DNA from: Draconibacterium sp.
GTDB taxonomy: Bacteria > Bacteroidota > Bacteroidia > Bacteroidales > Prolixibacteraceae
Length of the DNA: 59,820 nt
NCBI GenBank assembly: GCA_035467235.1
Contig: DATITY010000612.1
Coordinates: 1 to 59,820, forward strand
Direction of reading: 5' to 3'
In this document: piece by piece, positions 49,148 through 58,504 of the stretch
Numbering within the stretch: the first letter of the stretch is position 1
Layout: the number at the start of each line of letters is the position of its first letter
Made by a program: the position numbers and the translations under genes
Notes under the pieces: model-generated
Told to the model about the DNA's origin: nothing
What the model saw: the letters and a program-made list of their open reading frames with translations, nothing else
Database searches by the model: none

Positions 49148-50359
49148 ATGAAATATATAATCATACTCGGAGACGGAATGTCAGACGAGCCTCTTGAAAA
49201 CTACGGAGGAAAAACTCCTTTGCAAATGGCGAAAAAGCCGAATATCGATTGGCTGGCCAAACATGGTAAATCGGGTTTATTTATTACTGTGCCAAAAACC
49301 ATGCACCCTGGAAGTGAAATTGCCAACATGGCCGTTTTGGGTTACGATGTTGAAAAAGTTTTTGAGGGCAGGGGAGTGCTTGAAGCTGCAAGCATGGGAG
49401 TTACGCTGCAACCGGGCGATTTGGCGCTTCGCTGCAATTTACTCACCATCGAACACGAAAAAATTAAAAATCATTCAGGGGGTCATATTTCAAGTGCAGA
49501 AGCAAATGAATTGATTAAATTTTTAAATGAAAAACTGGGAAATGGAATCATCCGGTTTTATCCCGGCGTTTCCTACCGTCATTTGCTTGTTGTAAAAAAC
49601 GGAATAAAAAACTTGCAATGCACTCCTCCTCATGATGTTACCGGAACTTTGTTTGAGGAAGTAATGATTCTTGGAAAGACTCAGGAAGCAGAGGAGACAG
49701 CTGAATTATTAAACCGATTGATTCTTGAATCGCAGAAATTACTCGAAAATCACCCGGTTAATATTCATAGAAAATCATCAGGAAAAGATCCAGCCAACAG
49801 TATCTGGCCCTGGTCGCCGGGTTACAAACCTGCAATGCCAACTTTAAAGGAAATGCATGGAATTGAAAAATCAGCCGTTATTTCAGCAGTAGATTTAATT
49901 CATGGAATTGGAGTTTATGCAGGTATGGAAGTAATTCATGTTGAAGGTGCCACCGGATTGTACGATACCAATTACGAGGGAAAAGCAAAAGCTGCAATTG
50001 AAGCATTAAAAACAAACGATCTGGTTTACCTACACATCGAAGCCAGTGATGAAGCGGGTCACGAGGGTGATGTTGAGCTAAAAACAAAAACCATTGAATA
50101 TCTCGACCAACGGGTGGTGAAGTACATTTTGGAAGAAACTGCAAAAATGAATGAGGAAGTTGCCATTGCCATTTTACCCGATCATCCAACACCTTGTGCA
50201 ATAAAAACACATACCCACGACCCCGTTCCTTTTACGATTTATTATCCGGGAATTCAACCCGATGAAGTTGAGGTTTATGATGAATTCAGCGTTAAAAAAG
50301 GATCGTTTGGAACCATTAGGGGCAATCAGTTTATTAAAACATTTTTATTGAATTCTTAA
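49148..50359 (+). CDS. Cofactor-independent phosphoglycerate mutase (ApgM) family; proposed homoserine kinase of thr operons
   Basis: ILGDGMSD, PGSEIAN, GRGVLEAA, DEAGHEG, PDHPTP; sits between thrA and thrC. Confidence 0.85.
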   Translation: MKYIIILGDGMSDEPLENYGGKTPLQMAKKPNIDWLAKHGKSGLFITVPKTMHPGSEIANMAVLGYDVEKVFEGRGVLEAASMGVTLQPGDLALRCNLLTIEHEKIKNHSGGHISSAEANELIKFLNEKLGNGIIRFYPGVSYRHLLVVKNGIKNLQCTPPHDVTGTLFEEVMILGKTQEAEETAELLNRLILESQKLLENHPVNIHRKSSGKDPANSIWPWSPGYKPAMPTLKEMHGIEKSAVISAVDLIHGIGVYAGMEVIHVEGATGLYDTNYEGKAKAAIEALKTNDLVYLHIEASDEAGHEGDVELKTKTIEYLDQRVVKYILEETAKMNEEVAIAILPDHPTPCAIKTHTHDPVPFTIYYPGIQPDEVEVYDEFSVKKGSFGTIRGNQFIKTFLLNS

Positions 50360-50509
50360 TTGCCGGCAAATTTGTTTTGATGATATTTGTCATGAATTTG
50401 TGAATAGATCATTAAACTTTCTTTGTTATTTTCTGTTTCTGATACTATTAATTCAATTGTAATCTAATTTTGGATTCCACAACGTGTGTTAATTATTCTG
50501 AACCGGCGT

Positions 50510-51823
50510 ATGAAATATTACAGCACAAACAAAAATACCCCCGAAGTTTCATTGAAAGAGGCAGTTGTAAAAGGGTTAGCTTCCGACAACGGTCTTTTCA
50601 TGCCCGAAAGAATCAATAAATTTGAACCTTCATTTTTTAGTAATATTCAGAATCTTACTTTTCAGGAAATAGCATTTGAAATGGCCAAAAAGTTTTTTGG
50701 AGAAGACATCGAAGAAGCTAAATTAAAAGAGATTGTTTATGGTACGCTGGATTTTGACTGTCCCGTTGTTAAAGTAACCGATTCAATTTATTCACTAGAA
50801 CTTTTTCATGGACCAACACTTGCTTTCAAAGATGTGGGTGCCCGTTTTATGGCGCGGTTACTAAACTATTTTTTGAGCGACAGAAAGGAACAGGTAAATG
50901 TGCTTGTTGCAACTTCAGGGGATACCGGAAGTGCAGTAGCAAACGGGTTTTTAGGAGTTAAAGGTATTCATGTATATGTGCTGTTTCCCAAAGGGAAAGT
51001 GAGTAAAATTCAGGAATCACAATTTACAACACTCGGTAAAAATATAACTGCACTTGAAATCGATGGTACTTTTGATGATTGTCAGTATTTGGTGAAAACA
51101 GCTTTTCTTGACGCCGAATTAAATGAAAAACTAATTCTTACTTCAGCCAATTCAATAAATGTAGCCCGTTTTTTACCACAGGCATTTTATTATTTTAATG
51201 CGTATGCCCGGTTAAAAGAGCTCGGTGTATTGCAAAATAAGGAATTGGTTTTTTCTGTGCCGAGTGGAAATTTGGGAAATATCACAGCTGGTCTTTTTGC
51301 CCGTGAAATGGGATTGCCGGTCGCAAAATTTATAGCTGCAAACAATGCCAACAACGTGGTTTTCGAATATCTCGAAACCGGGAAATATCAGTCCCGTCCA
51401 TCGGTTGAAACCATTGCAAATGCAATGGATGTTGGAGCGCCAAGTAATTTTGCACGGATTCTGGATTTGTATGGTCATTCACATAAAACGATTTCAAAAA
51501 TCATAAAAGGAAGATGGTATTCAGATGCCGAAATCAGGGAGATCGTGAAAAAAGTCTATCTGGAAACCAACTATCTGTGCGATCCTCACGGGGCCTGTGG
51601 TTTTGAAGCTTTAAAGCAGGATTTAGGTGAAAATGAAGTTGGCGTTTTTTTGGAAACTGCGCATCCTGCAAAGTTTACAGAAACGGTGGAAGCTATAATT
51701 GGAAAAGGAAGTGTGCCATTACCTGAGAAACTGGCCGCATTTATGCAAGGCGAAAAGAAAAGCGAATTGCTAGGAAAGGAATATGAATTGTTTAAGGCAT
51801 ATTTGATGAAAAAAGTCGATTAG
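50510..51823 (+). CDS. thrC: Threonine synthase
   Basis: ELFHGPTLAFKD, ATSGDTG, SANSIN, VPSGN, ETAHPAKF. Confidence 0.96.
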   Translation: MKYYSTNKNTPEVSLKEAVVKGLASDNGLFMPERINKFEPSFFSNIQNLTFQEIAFEMAKKFFGEDIEEAKLKEIVYGTLDFDCPVVKVTDSIYSLELFHGPTLAFKDVGARFMARLLNYFLSDRKEQVNVLVATSGDTGSAVANGFLGVKGIHVYVLFPKGKVSKIQESQFTTLGKNITALEIDGTFDDCQYLVKTAFLDAELNEKLILTSANSINVARFLPQAFYYFNAYARLKELGVLQNKELVFSVPSGNLGNITAGLFAREMGLPVAKFIAANNANNVVFEYLETGKYQSRPSVETIANAMDVGAPSNFARILDLYGHSHKTISKIIKGRWYSDAEIREIVKKVYLETNYLCDPHGACGFEALKQDLGENEVGVFLETAHPAKFTETVEAIIGKGSVPLPEKLAAFMQGEKKSELLGKEYELFKAYLMKKVD

Positions 51824-51958
51824 AAATTAATTTAAGGTTTTATCTGACAGAAAGTAAATTTATACGTATATGAAATAAAAATCAGATTAGTTTGATTTGC
51901 TGAAAAAAATATATCTTTAACGCGTTGTTTATCAATTTATTGTTAACAAAATTTAAAT

Positions 51959-52822
51959 ATGAGACAACTTAAAATATCTAAACAAGTAACGAATCGCGAT
52001 ACCTTATCGCTTGATAAATACTTGCATGAGATTGGAAAGGTGGAGTTGCTCTCTGCTGATAAAGAAGTTGAATTAGCCAAACGTATAAAGTCAGGAGATC
52101 GTGAAGCCCTTGAAATGCTTATTAAAGGAAATCTTCGTTTTGTTGTTTCCGTTTCAAAACAATATCAAAATCAGGGATTAAGTTTGCCCGATTTAATTAA
52201 CGAAGGAAATCTTGGACTAATTAAGGCGGCAGAAAGATTTGATGAAACCCGGGGATTTAAATTTATTTCCTATGCAGTTTGGTGGATTCGTCAATCAATT
52301 CTTCAGGCATTAGCCGAGCAGGCGCGAATAGTCCGGCTTCCACTAAATAAAATTGGTTCTATTAATAAAATCAATAGGGCATTTAGTAAGTTAGAACAGG
52401 AATTTCAGAGGGAACCCACCATCGAAGAGGTTGCTGCTTTAATGGAAAGCAGGTCTGAAATAATCGAAGATTCACTCAATTTTTCGAGTATTCATGTTTC
52501 AATGGATGCGCCGTTGCGCGATGAAGAAGCAAGCAATTTGTACGATGTAATGTTAAACGATGATTCTCTCGACCCTGAAGAAGAATTAATGAATGTTTCG
52601 TTACGCAAAGAAATTGAACGTTCATTATCAACACTTGGCGAACGTGAAGCAGAAATTCTCAGGTGTTATTTTGGATTAAACGGTTATCAGCCATATACAT
52701 TAGAGGAAATTGGCGAAGAATTTGGTTTAACGCGTGAACGGGTGCGCCAGATTAAAGAAAAAGCCATCAAAAAATTAAAAAACCAGTTTCGAAACAGGCT
52801 GCTCAAAGCTTACCTCGGATAG
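51959..52822 (+). CDS. RpoD/SigA-family sigma factor (Bacteroidota short type lacking region 1.1)
   Basis: [45 protein letters not shown]. Confidence 0.94.
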   Translation: MRQLKISKQVTNRDTLSLDKYLHEIGKVELLSADKEVELAKRIKSGDREALEMLIKGNLRFVVSVSKQYQNQGLSLPDLINEGNLGLIKAAERFDETRGFKFISYAVWWIRQSILQALAEQARIVRLPLNKIGSINKINRAFSKLEQEFQREPTIEEVAALMESRSEIIEDSLNFSSIHVSMDAPLRDEEASNLYDVMLNDDSLDPEEELMNVSLRKEIERSLSTLGEREAEILRCYFGLNGYQPYTLEEIGEEFGLTRERVRQIKEKAIKKLKNQFRNRLLKAYLG

Positions 52823-52837
52823 AAATCAGATTTATTT

Positions 52838-53488
52838 ATGAGTCGAATCATTGCTCCTTCAATTTTATCAGCCGATTTTAACAATTTAGGAAAAGATATT
52901 GAAATGATTAACCGTAGCGAGGCTGGTTATATTCATTTTGATGTGATGGATGGTGTTTTCGTTCCGAATATTTCATTTGGGATACCGGTAATTGAGCACG
53001 TAAATAAAATTGCCAAAAAACCGCTGGATGTTCATTTGATGATAGTCAACCCGGATGCATTGATTGGTTCTTTTGTAAATGCCGGCGCGTCAATAGTAAC
53101 TGTTCACTATGAAGCATGTATTCATTTAAACCGCACGATTCAGATCATTAAAAATATGGGAGCCAAAGCCAGTGTTTGTCTTAATCCACATACTTCGGTA
53201 ATAGTTTTGGAGGATATAATTGCGGAACTTGATATGGTTTTGCTGATGTCGGTAAACCCGGGTTTTGGCGGGCAGGTTTTTATTGAAAATACCTATAAAA
53301 AGGTGAGACAATTAAAAAATCTTATCGAAAAAAATAACCCCGATTGTTTAATTGAAGTTGATGGTGGAGTTAATTATGAAACAGGGAAAAAACTTTTTGA
53401 AAATGGAGCTGATGTATTGGTAGCAGGAAGTTTTGTATTTAATTCAGTAAATCCGACTGAGACAATTCGCAATCTGAAAATGTTATAA
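52838..53488 (+). CDS. rpe: Ribulose-phosphate 3-epimerase
   Basis: IAPSILSADF, HFDVMDG, DVHLM, MSVNPGFGGQ, VDGG. Confidence 0.96.
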   Translation: MSRIIAPSILSADFNNLGKDIEMINRSEAGYIHFDVMDGVFVPNISFGIPVIEHVNKIAKKPLDVHLMIVNPDALIGSFVNAGASIVTVHYEACIHLNRTIQIIKNMGAKASVCLNPHTSVIVLEDIIAELDMVLLMSVNPGFGGQVFIENTYKKVRQLKNLIEKNNPDCLIEVDGGVNYETGKKLFENGADVLVAGSFVFNSVNPTETIRNLKML

Positions 53489-53731
53489 CTTTTGCCTGAT
53501 TTCGATTTCTTTACACAATTCTTTATTCTTTTCAATCAACGGTCTGGAAGCATTTCGCAGCATACATTCGGCAGAACAATCGGAGCAGTTGTGTTGCATT
53601 GAAAAGGTATCTTTCTGGAAATTCACATTCTTTTGAACACTCTTTTTTCCTTTGATTTTTCCGATTGCTTTTGAAACTGCCAGGGCAACTGCAGCTCCAA
53701 TAATCATGTACGTTATTATCTCCTGAATCAT
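53483..53731 (-). CDS. FeoB-associated Cys-rich small membrane protein
   Basis: One TM helix then CSDCSAEC; directly downstream of feoB. Confidence 0.75.
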   Translation of the reverse strand: MIQEIITYMIIGAAVALAVSKAIGKIKGKKSVQKNVNFQKDTFSMQHNCSDCSAECMLRNASRPLIEKNKELCKEIEIRQKL

Positions 53732-53732
53732 T

Positions 53733-56198
53733 CTAAACAATTAAATTGCCAATGTTATAAACCAAAAATGCTGCAATCCATGCCAGCGAAGTGGTGTAAA
53801 ATACAGCAAATATTGCCCATTTCCAAGATTCTGATTCATTTTTTATTGCCACCACAACTCCAATGCAAGGGAAATAAATCAGTATAAAAATTAAAAAGGC
53901 AAGTGCAGTGGGCGTTGTAAATACAGGTTGGCCAATATTTTTACCTGTTTCAAATTTTTCGTTTTTCAACTTTTGCTGAAGGTTAACGGTTGTTTCGTCA
54001 TCAACAGTTTGGTACAATACTCCCATGGTGCTGATTACTATTTCTTTGGCCGGAAGACCTGCAAGTAAGGCAATGCTCATCTTCCAATCGAAACCCAACG
54101 GACGCATCACAGGTTCAATAAACTTTCCAAATCTGCCTAAATAGGAATTCGTTAACCTGTCAGATTCCATTTTGATGTTCAATTGCGAAATTGTATTTTC
54201 CTTTTCAACAGAATTTATGGTTGTATTTTGCTCAATTAGTTTAATTTCCTGATTTAAAGCACTGGTATTTTTTGTTTCCCTCGGGAAATATTCCAGCGCC
54301 CAAACAATAATGACTCCTATTAAAATAATAGTTCCAATCTTTTTTAGATAATGCTTGGTTTTGTCCCACATGTGATAAAGCACATTTCTTAAAGTGGGTA
54401 ATCGATAGGTGGGCAACTCCATAACAAAAGGAGTTTCCTTATTTCTGAAAAATGTTTTATTCAGAATTTGTGCGGTAATAAATGCAAACACAATTCCAAC
54501 TGCATAAATTCCAATTAAATAAAGCGGTTGATATTTATCGAAGAATGCAGAAATGATAAGAATATAAACCGGAAGCCGGGCACTGCACGACATAAATGGA
54601 ATGATTAACATGGTGAGAATTCGGTCACCTTTATTTCGCATCGACCGTGTGGCGAGAATTGCCGGAACGTTGCAGCCAAACCCCATTATCATCGGGATAA
54701 ACGATCGGCCATGCAGTCCGAAACGGTGCATAATTTTGTCCATTATAAAAGCTGCCCGCGCCATGTAACCTGTACCTTCGAGAAGCGAAATAAACAAAAA
54801 CAAAATCAGGATATTGGGTAAAAATACAAGTACACTGCCTGCGCCGCATATTATTCCGTTTACAATTAAATCTTTAAGCATGCCTTCGGTCATCAGTCCC
54901 GCAACGAAATCGCCAAATGCAACAATCCCGATATCAATCCAATCCATCGGATATGCACCTACTTTGAAAGTAACAAAGAAAATAAGAAACAGGATCGAAG
55001 TAAAAATGGGAAATCCTAAAAGAGGATGAGTTAAAACACTGTCGATTTTTTCGGAACGGGTTTTTTCACTTTGCCGTGGATTCCTGAATGTTTCTTTAAG
55101 TGCCCCTGTTATAAAACTGTATTTCGCATTGGTAATAATGGTTTCACTTTCTTCCTTTTCAAGGGTCTCAATCTTGTGAATCTCCTTCTGTGTGCTTTTC
55201 TTAATATCCTCATAATTAGGGTAATGAGAGAGCAATGATGAAACCTGCCCATCTTTCTCGAGTAATTTTATGGCCAGAAACCTTGATGAAATTTTGTCGG
55301 TAATGGGTTGGTTTTCTTTTATTTTTAACCGCACCATTTTAATAGCATCTTCCAAATCCTTGCCGTAATTGATATGAATGTGCCTCGAAATTTTATCTTT
55401 TCCCTCAAAAACTTCAATTACCTTATCGATAAGATTTTCAAGTCCGATTCCTTTTGAGCTGATAGTTGGAACAAATGGGATTCCGAGCAATTTAGCCAGT
55501 TCATCCTTATCAAAGAAAAGTTTCTTTTTTTCAAGTTCATCATACATGTTTAGTGCTGCAACAATACGCACGTCCATGTCGATAAGTTGTGTGGTGAGAA
55601 AAAGGTTTCTTTCCAGGTTGGTGGCATCGAGCACGTTAATTACAATATCAGGAGTTTGTTCGTAAATAAATTCGCGAACAAATATCTCCTCCTTCGAATA
55701 GGCTGTTAAACTGTATGTTCCGGGTAAATCAAAAAAATTAAATGTGTATCCTTTTGTAGTAAAAGTGGCCTTTTTTATGTCAACTGTAACGCCACTGTAA
55801 TTTCCTACTTTTTCTTTTGATCCCGATATAAAATTGAACAGTGTTGTTTTTCCACTGTTTGGATTTCCGACCAGTGCAATATTGATGATTTTTGTTCTTT
55901 CCGATTGATTTACTAAGTCAATGTCGCGATCGATAACTCCCTGGTAGTTTTCGTTCTCCGATTTTATAAATTCATTTACTGGAATTACTTCAATCAAATC
56001 GGCTTCCGACTTACGCAGAGAAATATTATAATTGATAATTTTAAATTCAAATGGACCATTAAATGGGGCATTTTTAATCACCTTCACCTCTTTCCCTTTG
56101 ATAAAACCCATTTCAGAAATTCTTTTCCGAAAAGAACCGTGCCCCAGAACCTTTGTAATTACTACTGTTTCGCTATGCTTAACTTCACTTAATTTCAC
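53733..56198 (-). CDS. feoB: Ferrous iron transporter FeoB with fused N-terminal FeoA domain
   Basis: FeoA (RISEMGF..G, APFNGP); GNPNSGKT, DLPG, GYMARAAF, GFGCNVP, PFMSCSARLP. Confidence 0.96.
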   Translation of the reverse strand: MKLSEVKHSETVVITKVLGHGSFRKRISEMGFIKGKEVKVIKNAPFNGPFEFKIINYNISLRKSEADLIEVIPVNEFIKSENENYQGVIDRDIDLVNQSERTKIINIALVGNPNSGKTTLFNFISGSKEKVGNYSGVTVDIKKATFTTKGYTFNFFDLPGTYSLTAYSKEEIFVREFIYEQTPDIVINVLDATNLERNLFLTTQLIDMDVRIVAALNMYDELEKKKLFFDKDELAKLLGIPFVPTISSKGIGLENLIDKVIEVFEGKDKISRHIHINYGKDLEDAIKMVRLKIKENQPITDKISSRFLAIKLLEKDGQVSSLLSHYPNYEDIKKSTQKEIHKIETLEKEESETIITNAKYSFITGALKETFRNPRQSEKTRSEKIDSVLTHPLLGFPIFTSILFLIFFVTFKVGAYPMDWIDIGIVAFGDFVAGLMTEGMLKDLIVNGIICGAGSVLVFLPNILILFLFISLLEGTGYMARAAFIMDKIMHRFGLHGRSFIPMIMGFGCNVPAILATRSMRNKGDRILTMLIIPFMSCSARLPVYILIISAFFDKYQPLYLIGIYAVGIVFAFITAQILNKTFFRNKETPFVMELPTYRLPTLRNVLYHMWDKTKHYLKKIGTIILIGVIIVWALEYFPRETKNTSALNQEIKLIEQNTTINSVEKENTISQLNIKMESDRLTNSYLGRFGKFIEPVMRPLGFDWKMSIALLAGLPAKEIVISTMGVLYQTVDDETTVNLQQKLKNEKFETGKNIGQPVFTTPTALAFLIFILIYFPCIGVVVAIKNESESWKWAIFAVFYTTSLAWIAAFLVYNIGNLIV

Positions 56199-56221
56199 TG
56201 CCCCTCCATCCCCTGCATTAA

Positions 56222-56244
56222 TTATTTATAATCGTTTAAAATAA
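56222..56244. promoter_or_regulatory. Putative iron-responsive (Fur-type) operator upstream of feoB
   Basis: Imperfect palindrome ttatttataatcgtttaaaataa between a minus-strand TAnnTTTG (56251-56258) and the feoB start. Confidence 0.6.
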
Positions 56245-56339
56245 GCATCGCAAATATAATCCAATTCCATAGAAATGAAATAAAATGCAAATCTTCTTTA
56301 CATATTACAACAAGTGACTATTTTTGTTCGAATTATTAG

Positions 56340-57116
56340 ATGAATATGGAAGAGAAACAATTTTATCACAACATTCAGAAGGTACTCGATGATTTGCCTG
56401 ATAACTTCAGTATTTTGGAAGAGCAGATTGATATTGAGGTGCAAATAAAATATTTTGAGCTGGCAAAACAAGTTCGCTCGCGGAACATGGCAAAAGAACA
56501 TTTTGAAAACAGGGAGCAATTGTTTTTAACTGATTTAAGTGATGACAAAAAACGTGAGATTTTATTAGCAATAGCCGCCATTGACGATGTAAAGGCATTT
56601 CGTACCATTGAAAAATTTGTTGCTTTGGCCGATGGAGAGATTAAGCAATGGGCAGTGCTTGCATTACAGGAAAGCAGAATGCTTATTCAAAGTTCGCTGC
56701 TTGACGAGCAACAGGTCTTTATTTCAACCGGATTGGGCGGAAAAGGTCAGAAATTGAGGTATTATGTTGTTTTTATCAATAGAAAACAGCAGGGTATTTT
56801 AAATGCCACACAGCAAAAACTGCTTAAAGAAGAACTTATTTTTGAACTGAATCAAAACGAAGGTGAGTTTGAGTCAATGGATTTTTCAGAAGGATTTTCA
56901 ACAGTTTTGGTAATGCTTCCGCTACAATCTGATTTAAAAAAAATATTCAGGAATATTATTGACGAATGCAATCAATATGGTGATTTTCTGGACGATGACA
57001 TGATTGTAACCAATGTTCGGGTGATGTCGAGAAACGAAATATTGGAAATGGTTAAACAAAACAGAAATCAGGATTTTGATGATTTTACTGAAATTGATGA
57101 TTCTAATGAGGATTAA
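56340..57116 (+). CDS. Conserved hypothetical protein
   Basis: 258-aa acidic ORF; ISTGLGGKGQKLRY motif. Confidence 0.75.
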   Translation: MNMEEKQFYHNIQKVLDDLPDNFSILEEQIDIEVQIKYFELAKQVRSRNMAKEHFENREQLFLTDLSDDKKREILLAIAAIDDVKAFRTIEKFVALADGEIKQWAVLALQESRMLIQSSLLDEQQVFISTGLGGKGQKLRYYVVFINRKQQGILNATQQKLLKEELIFELNQNEGEFESMDFSEGFSTVLVMLPLQSDLKKIFRNIIDECNQYGDFLDDDMIVTNVRVMSRNEILEMVKQNRNQDFDDFTEIDDSNED

Positions 57117-57272
57117 ATATTAATGCCACCGGCTGTTTTTTTCAATTTGACTAAGGTTTTTGATTTTTTGGAATGAGAATTACTTCCCTGATAAAATATG
57201 CGTTATAAATTTGAATCTTTATAATAATTATCAAAAAGTATTATATTTGCACCGCTTTTAAGGCAAAATAAT

Positions 57273-57345
57273 GGCCCTGTAGCTTAATGGATAGAGCATC
57301 TGACTACGGATCAGAAGGTTGGGGGTTCGAGTCTCTCCAGGGTCA
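57273..57345 (+). tRNA. tRNA-Arg (anticodon ACG)
   Basis: Acceptor ggccctg/cagggtc, D-arm gctt..gagc, anticodon arm tctga-ctACGga-tcaga, T-loop gttcgag; CCA not encoded; tatatttg promoter at 57242. Confidence 0.95.
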
Positions 57346-57583
57346 CTGAAAATCAAAGAGTTGCAAATTTTGTAGCTCTTTTTTATTTGAATGTGGAAAC
57401 AATGTGGAAACAATAATTTTTTCTATTTCATATTAAAGGCTAAATTTCACATATTAATATAGATAATAATAGCTATTTGAGAACATCGGGAGTTCGATTC
57501 AAATTTAATTACGCTTTGTTTATATTTTTGGGATTAAACCAAATTAATCACTGACAGAGGTCGAAAACACAGGAATAATGTGA

Positions 57584-58504
57584 GAGCCTGTTTTGAAATA
57601 TAAAAATAAAAATTTTAAAGGCTAATTAACAGGCATTTGTTAAGAATAAAACAATTGGTTATCAGTTAGCTGCACTTACTGGTATTTTCTTTACACTAAA
57701 ATAACGACAAAATAGTGTAATATGAAAAAGTACCCGAGTGATTTAACCGATAACCAGTGGCAAGTTATAAAAGAATTATTAGAAAACGGAAGAAGACGAA
57801 GGCATGAATTGCGGGAAATAATGAATGGGATATTATATATAACAAAGTCAGGTTGTCAATGGCGGATGCTACCCAAGGAATTTGCACCGTGGCAAACCGT
57901 TTATTATTATTTCAGGCAATGGAAATTCAATGGGGTTTTAGAGGAAATCCATGATTATCTTGTTGGTAAAGTGCGGCTGAAAAAAGGGAAAAGTCCAACT
58001 CCGACGGTAGGGATAATTGATAGCCAGTCAGTAAAAACCATTAACGTTTGCCAGGACAATATTGGATACGACGGAGGGAAAAAGATAAAAGGGAGAAAAA
58101 GGCACATCATAGTAGATACTTTAGGGCTAATCCTTGCAATTGTAGTACATTCAGCAACTACCCATGACAGTAAATCTGCTGAACCCGTATTTAAAGAACT
58201 CAAAAACAAATACCTGAATGGGATAGTTAAAATCTTTGCCGATGGAGGATATCGGGGAGAATTAATTGAAACTGCCCGGTTAAAATTTGGATGGATACTT
58301 GAAATCGTAAAACGAAATGAAACCGGCAAGTTCCAGGTATTGCCAAAAAGATGGATTGTTGAACGTACTTTTGCATGGATATCATTTCAGCGAAGAACTT
58401 CCAAAGATTATGAAAGACTCTCCGAAACAAGTGTTGCATTTGTTCAACTTTCAATGATTCGTGTGATGCTTAATAAATTTTAAATATGATTTCAAAACAG
58501 TCTC
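57584..58504 (+). mobile_element. IS5-family insertion sequence (IS1031-like), 921 bp
   Basis: Terminal IRs gagcctgttttgaaat (57584-57599) and atttcaaaacagtctc (58489-58504), 15/16 match; flanks TGA / TTA. Confidence 0.9.
57722..58483 (+). CDS. IS5-family DDE transposase
   Basis: YPSDLTD.QW, GCQWRMLP, IIDSQSVK, KGRKRHIIVDTLG, ADGGY, RWIVERTFAW. Confidence 0.95.
   Translation: MKKYPSDLTDNQWQVIKELLENGRRRRHELREIMNGILYITKSGCQWRMLPKEFAPWQTVYYYFRQWKFNGVLEEIHDYLVGKVRLKKGKSPTPTVGIIDSQSVKTINVCQDNIGYDGGKKIKGRKRHIIVDTLGLILAIVVHSATTHDSKSAEPVFKELKNKYLNGIVKIFADGGYRGELIETARLKFGWILEIVKRNETGKFQVLPKRWIVERTFAWISFQRRTSKDYERLSETSVAFVQLSMIRVMLNKF

Noticed and set aside
57485-57500. gggagttcgattc resembling a tRNA T-arm (possible attR copy)
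   Set aside because: Does not match the tRNA-Arg 3' sequence beyond gttcga and has no complementary stem.
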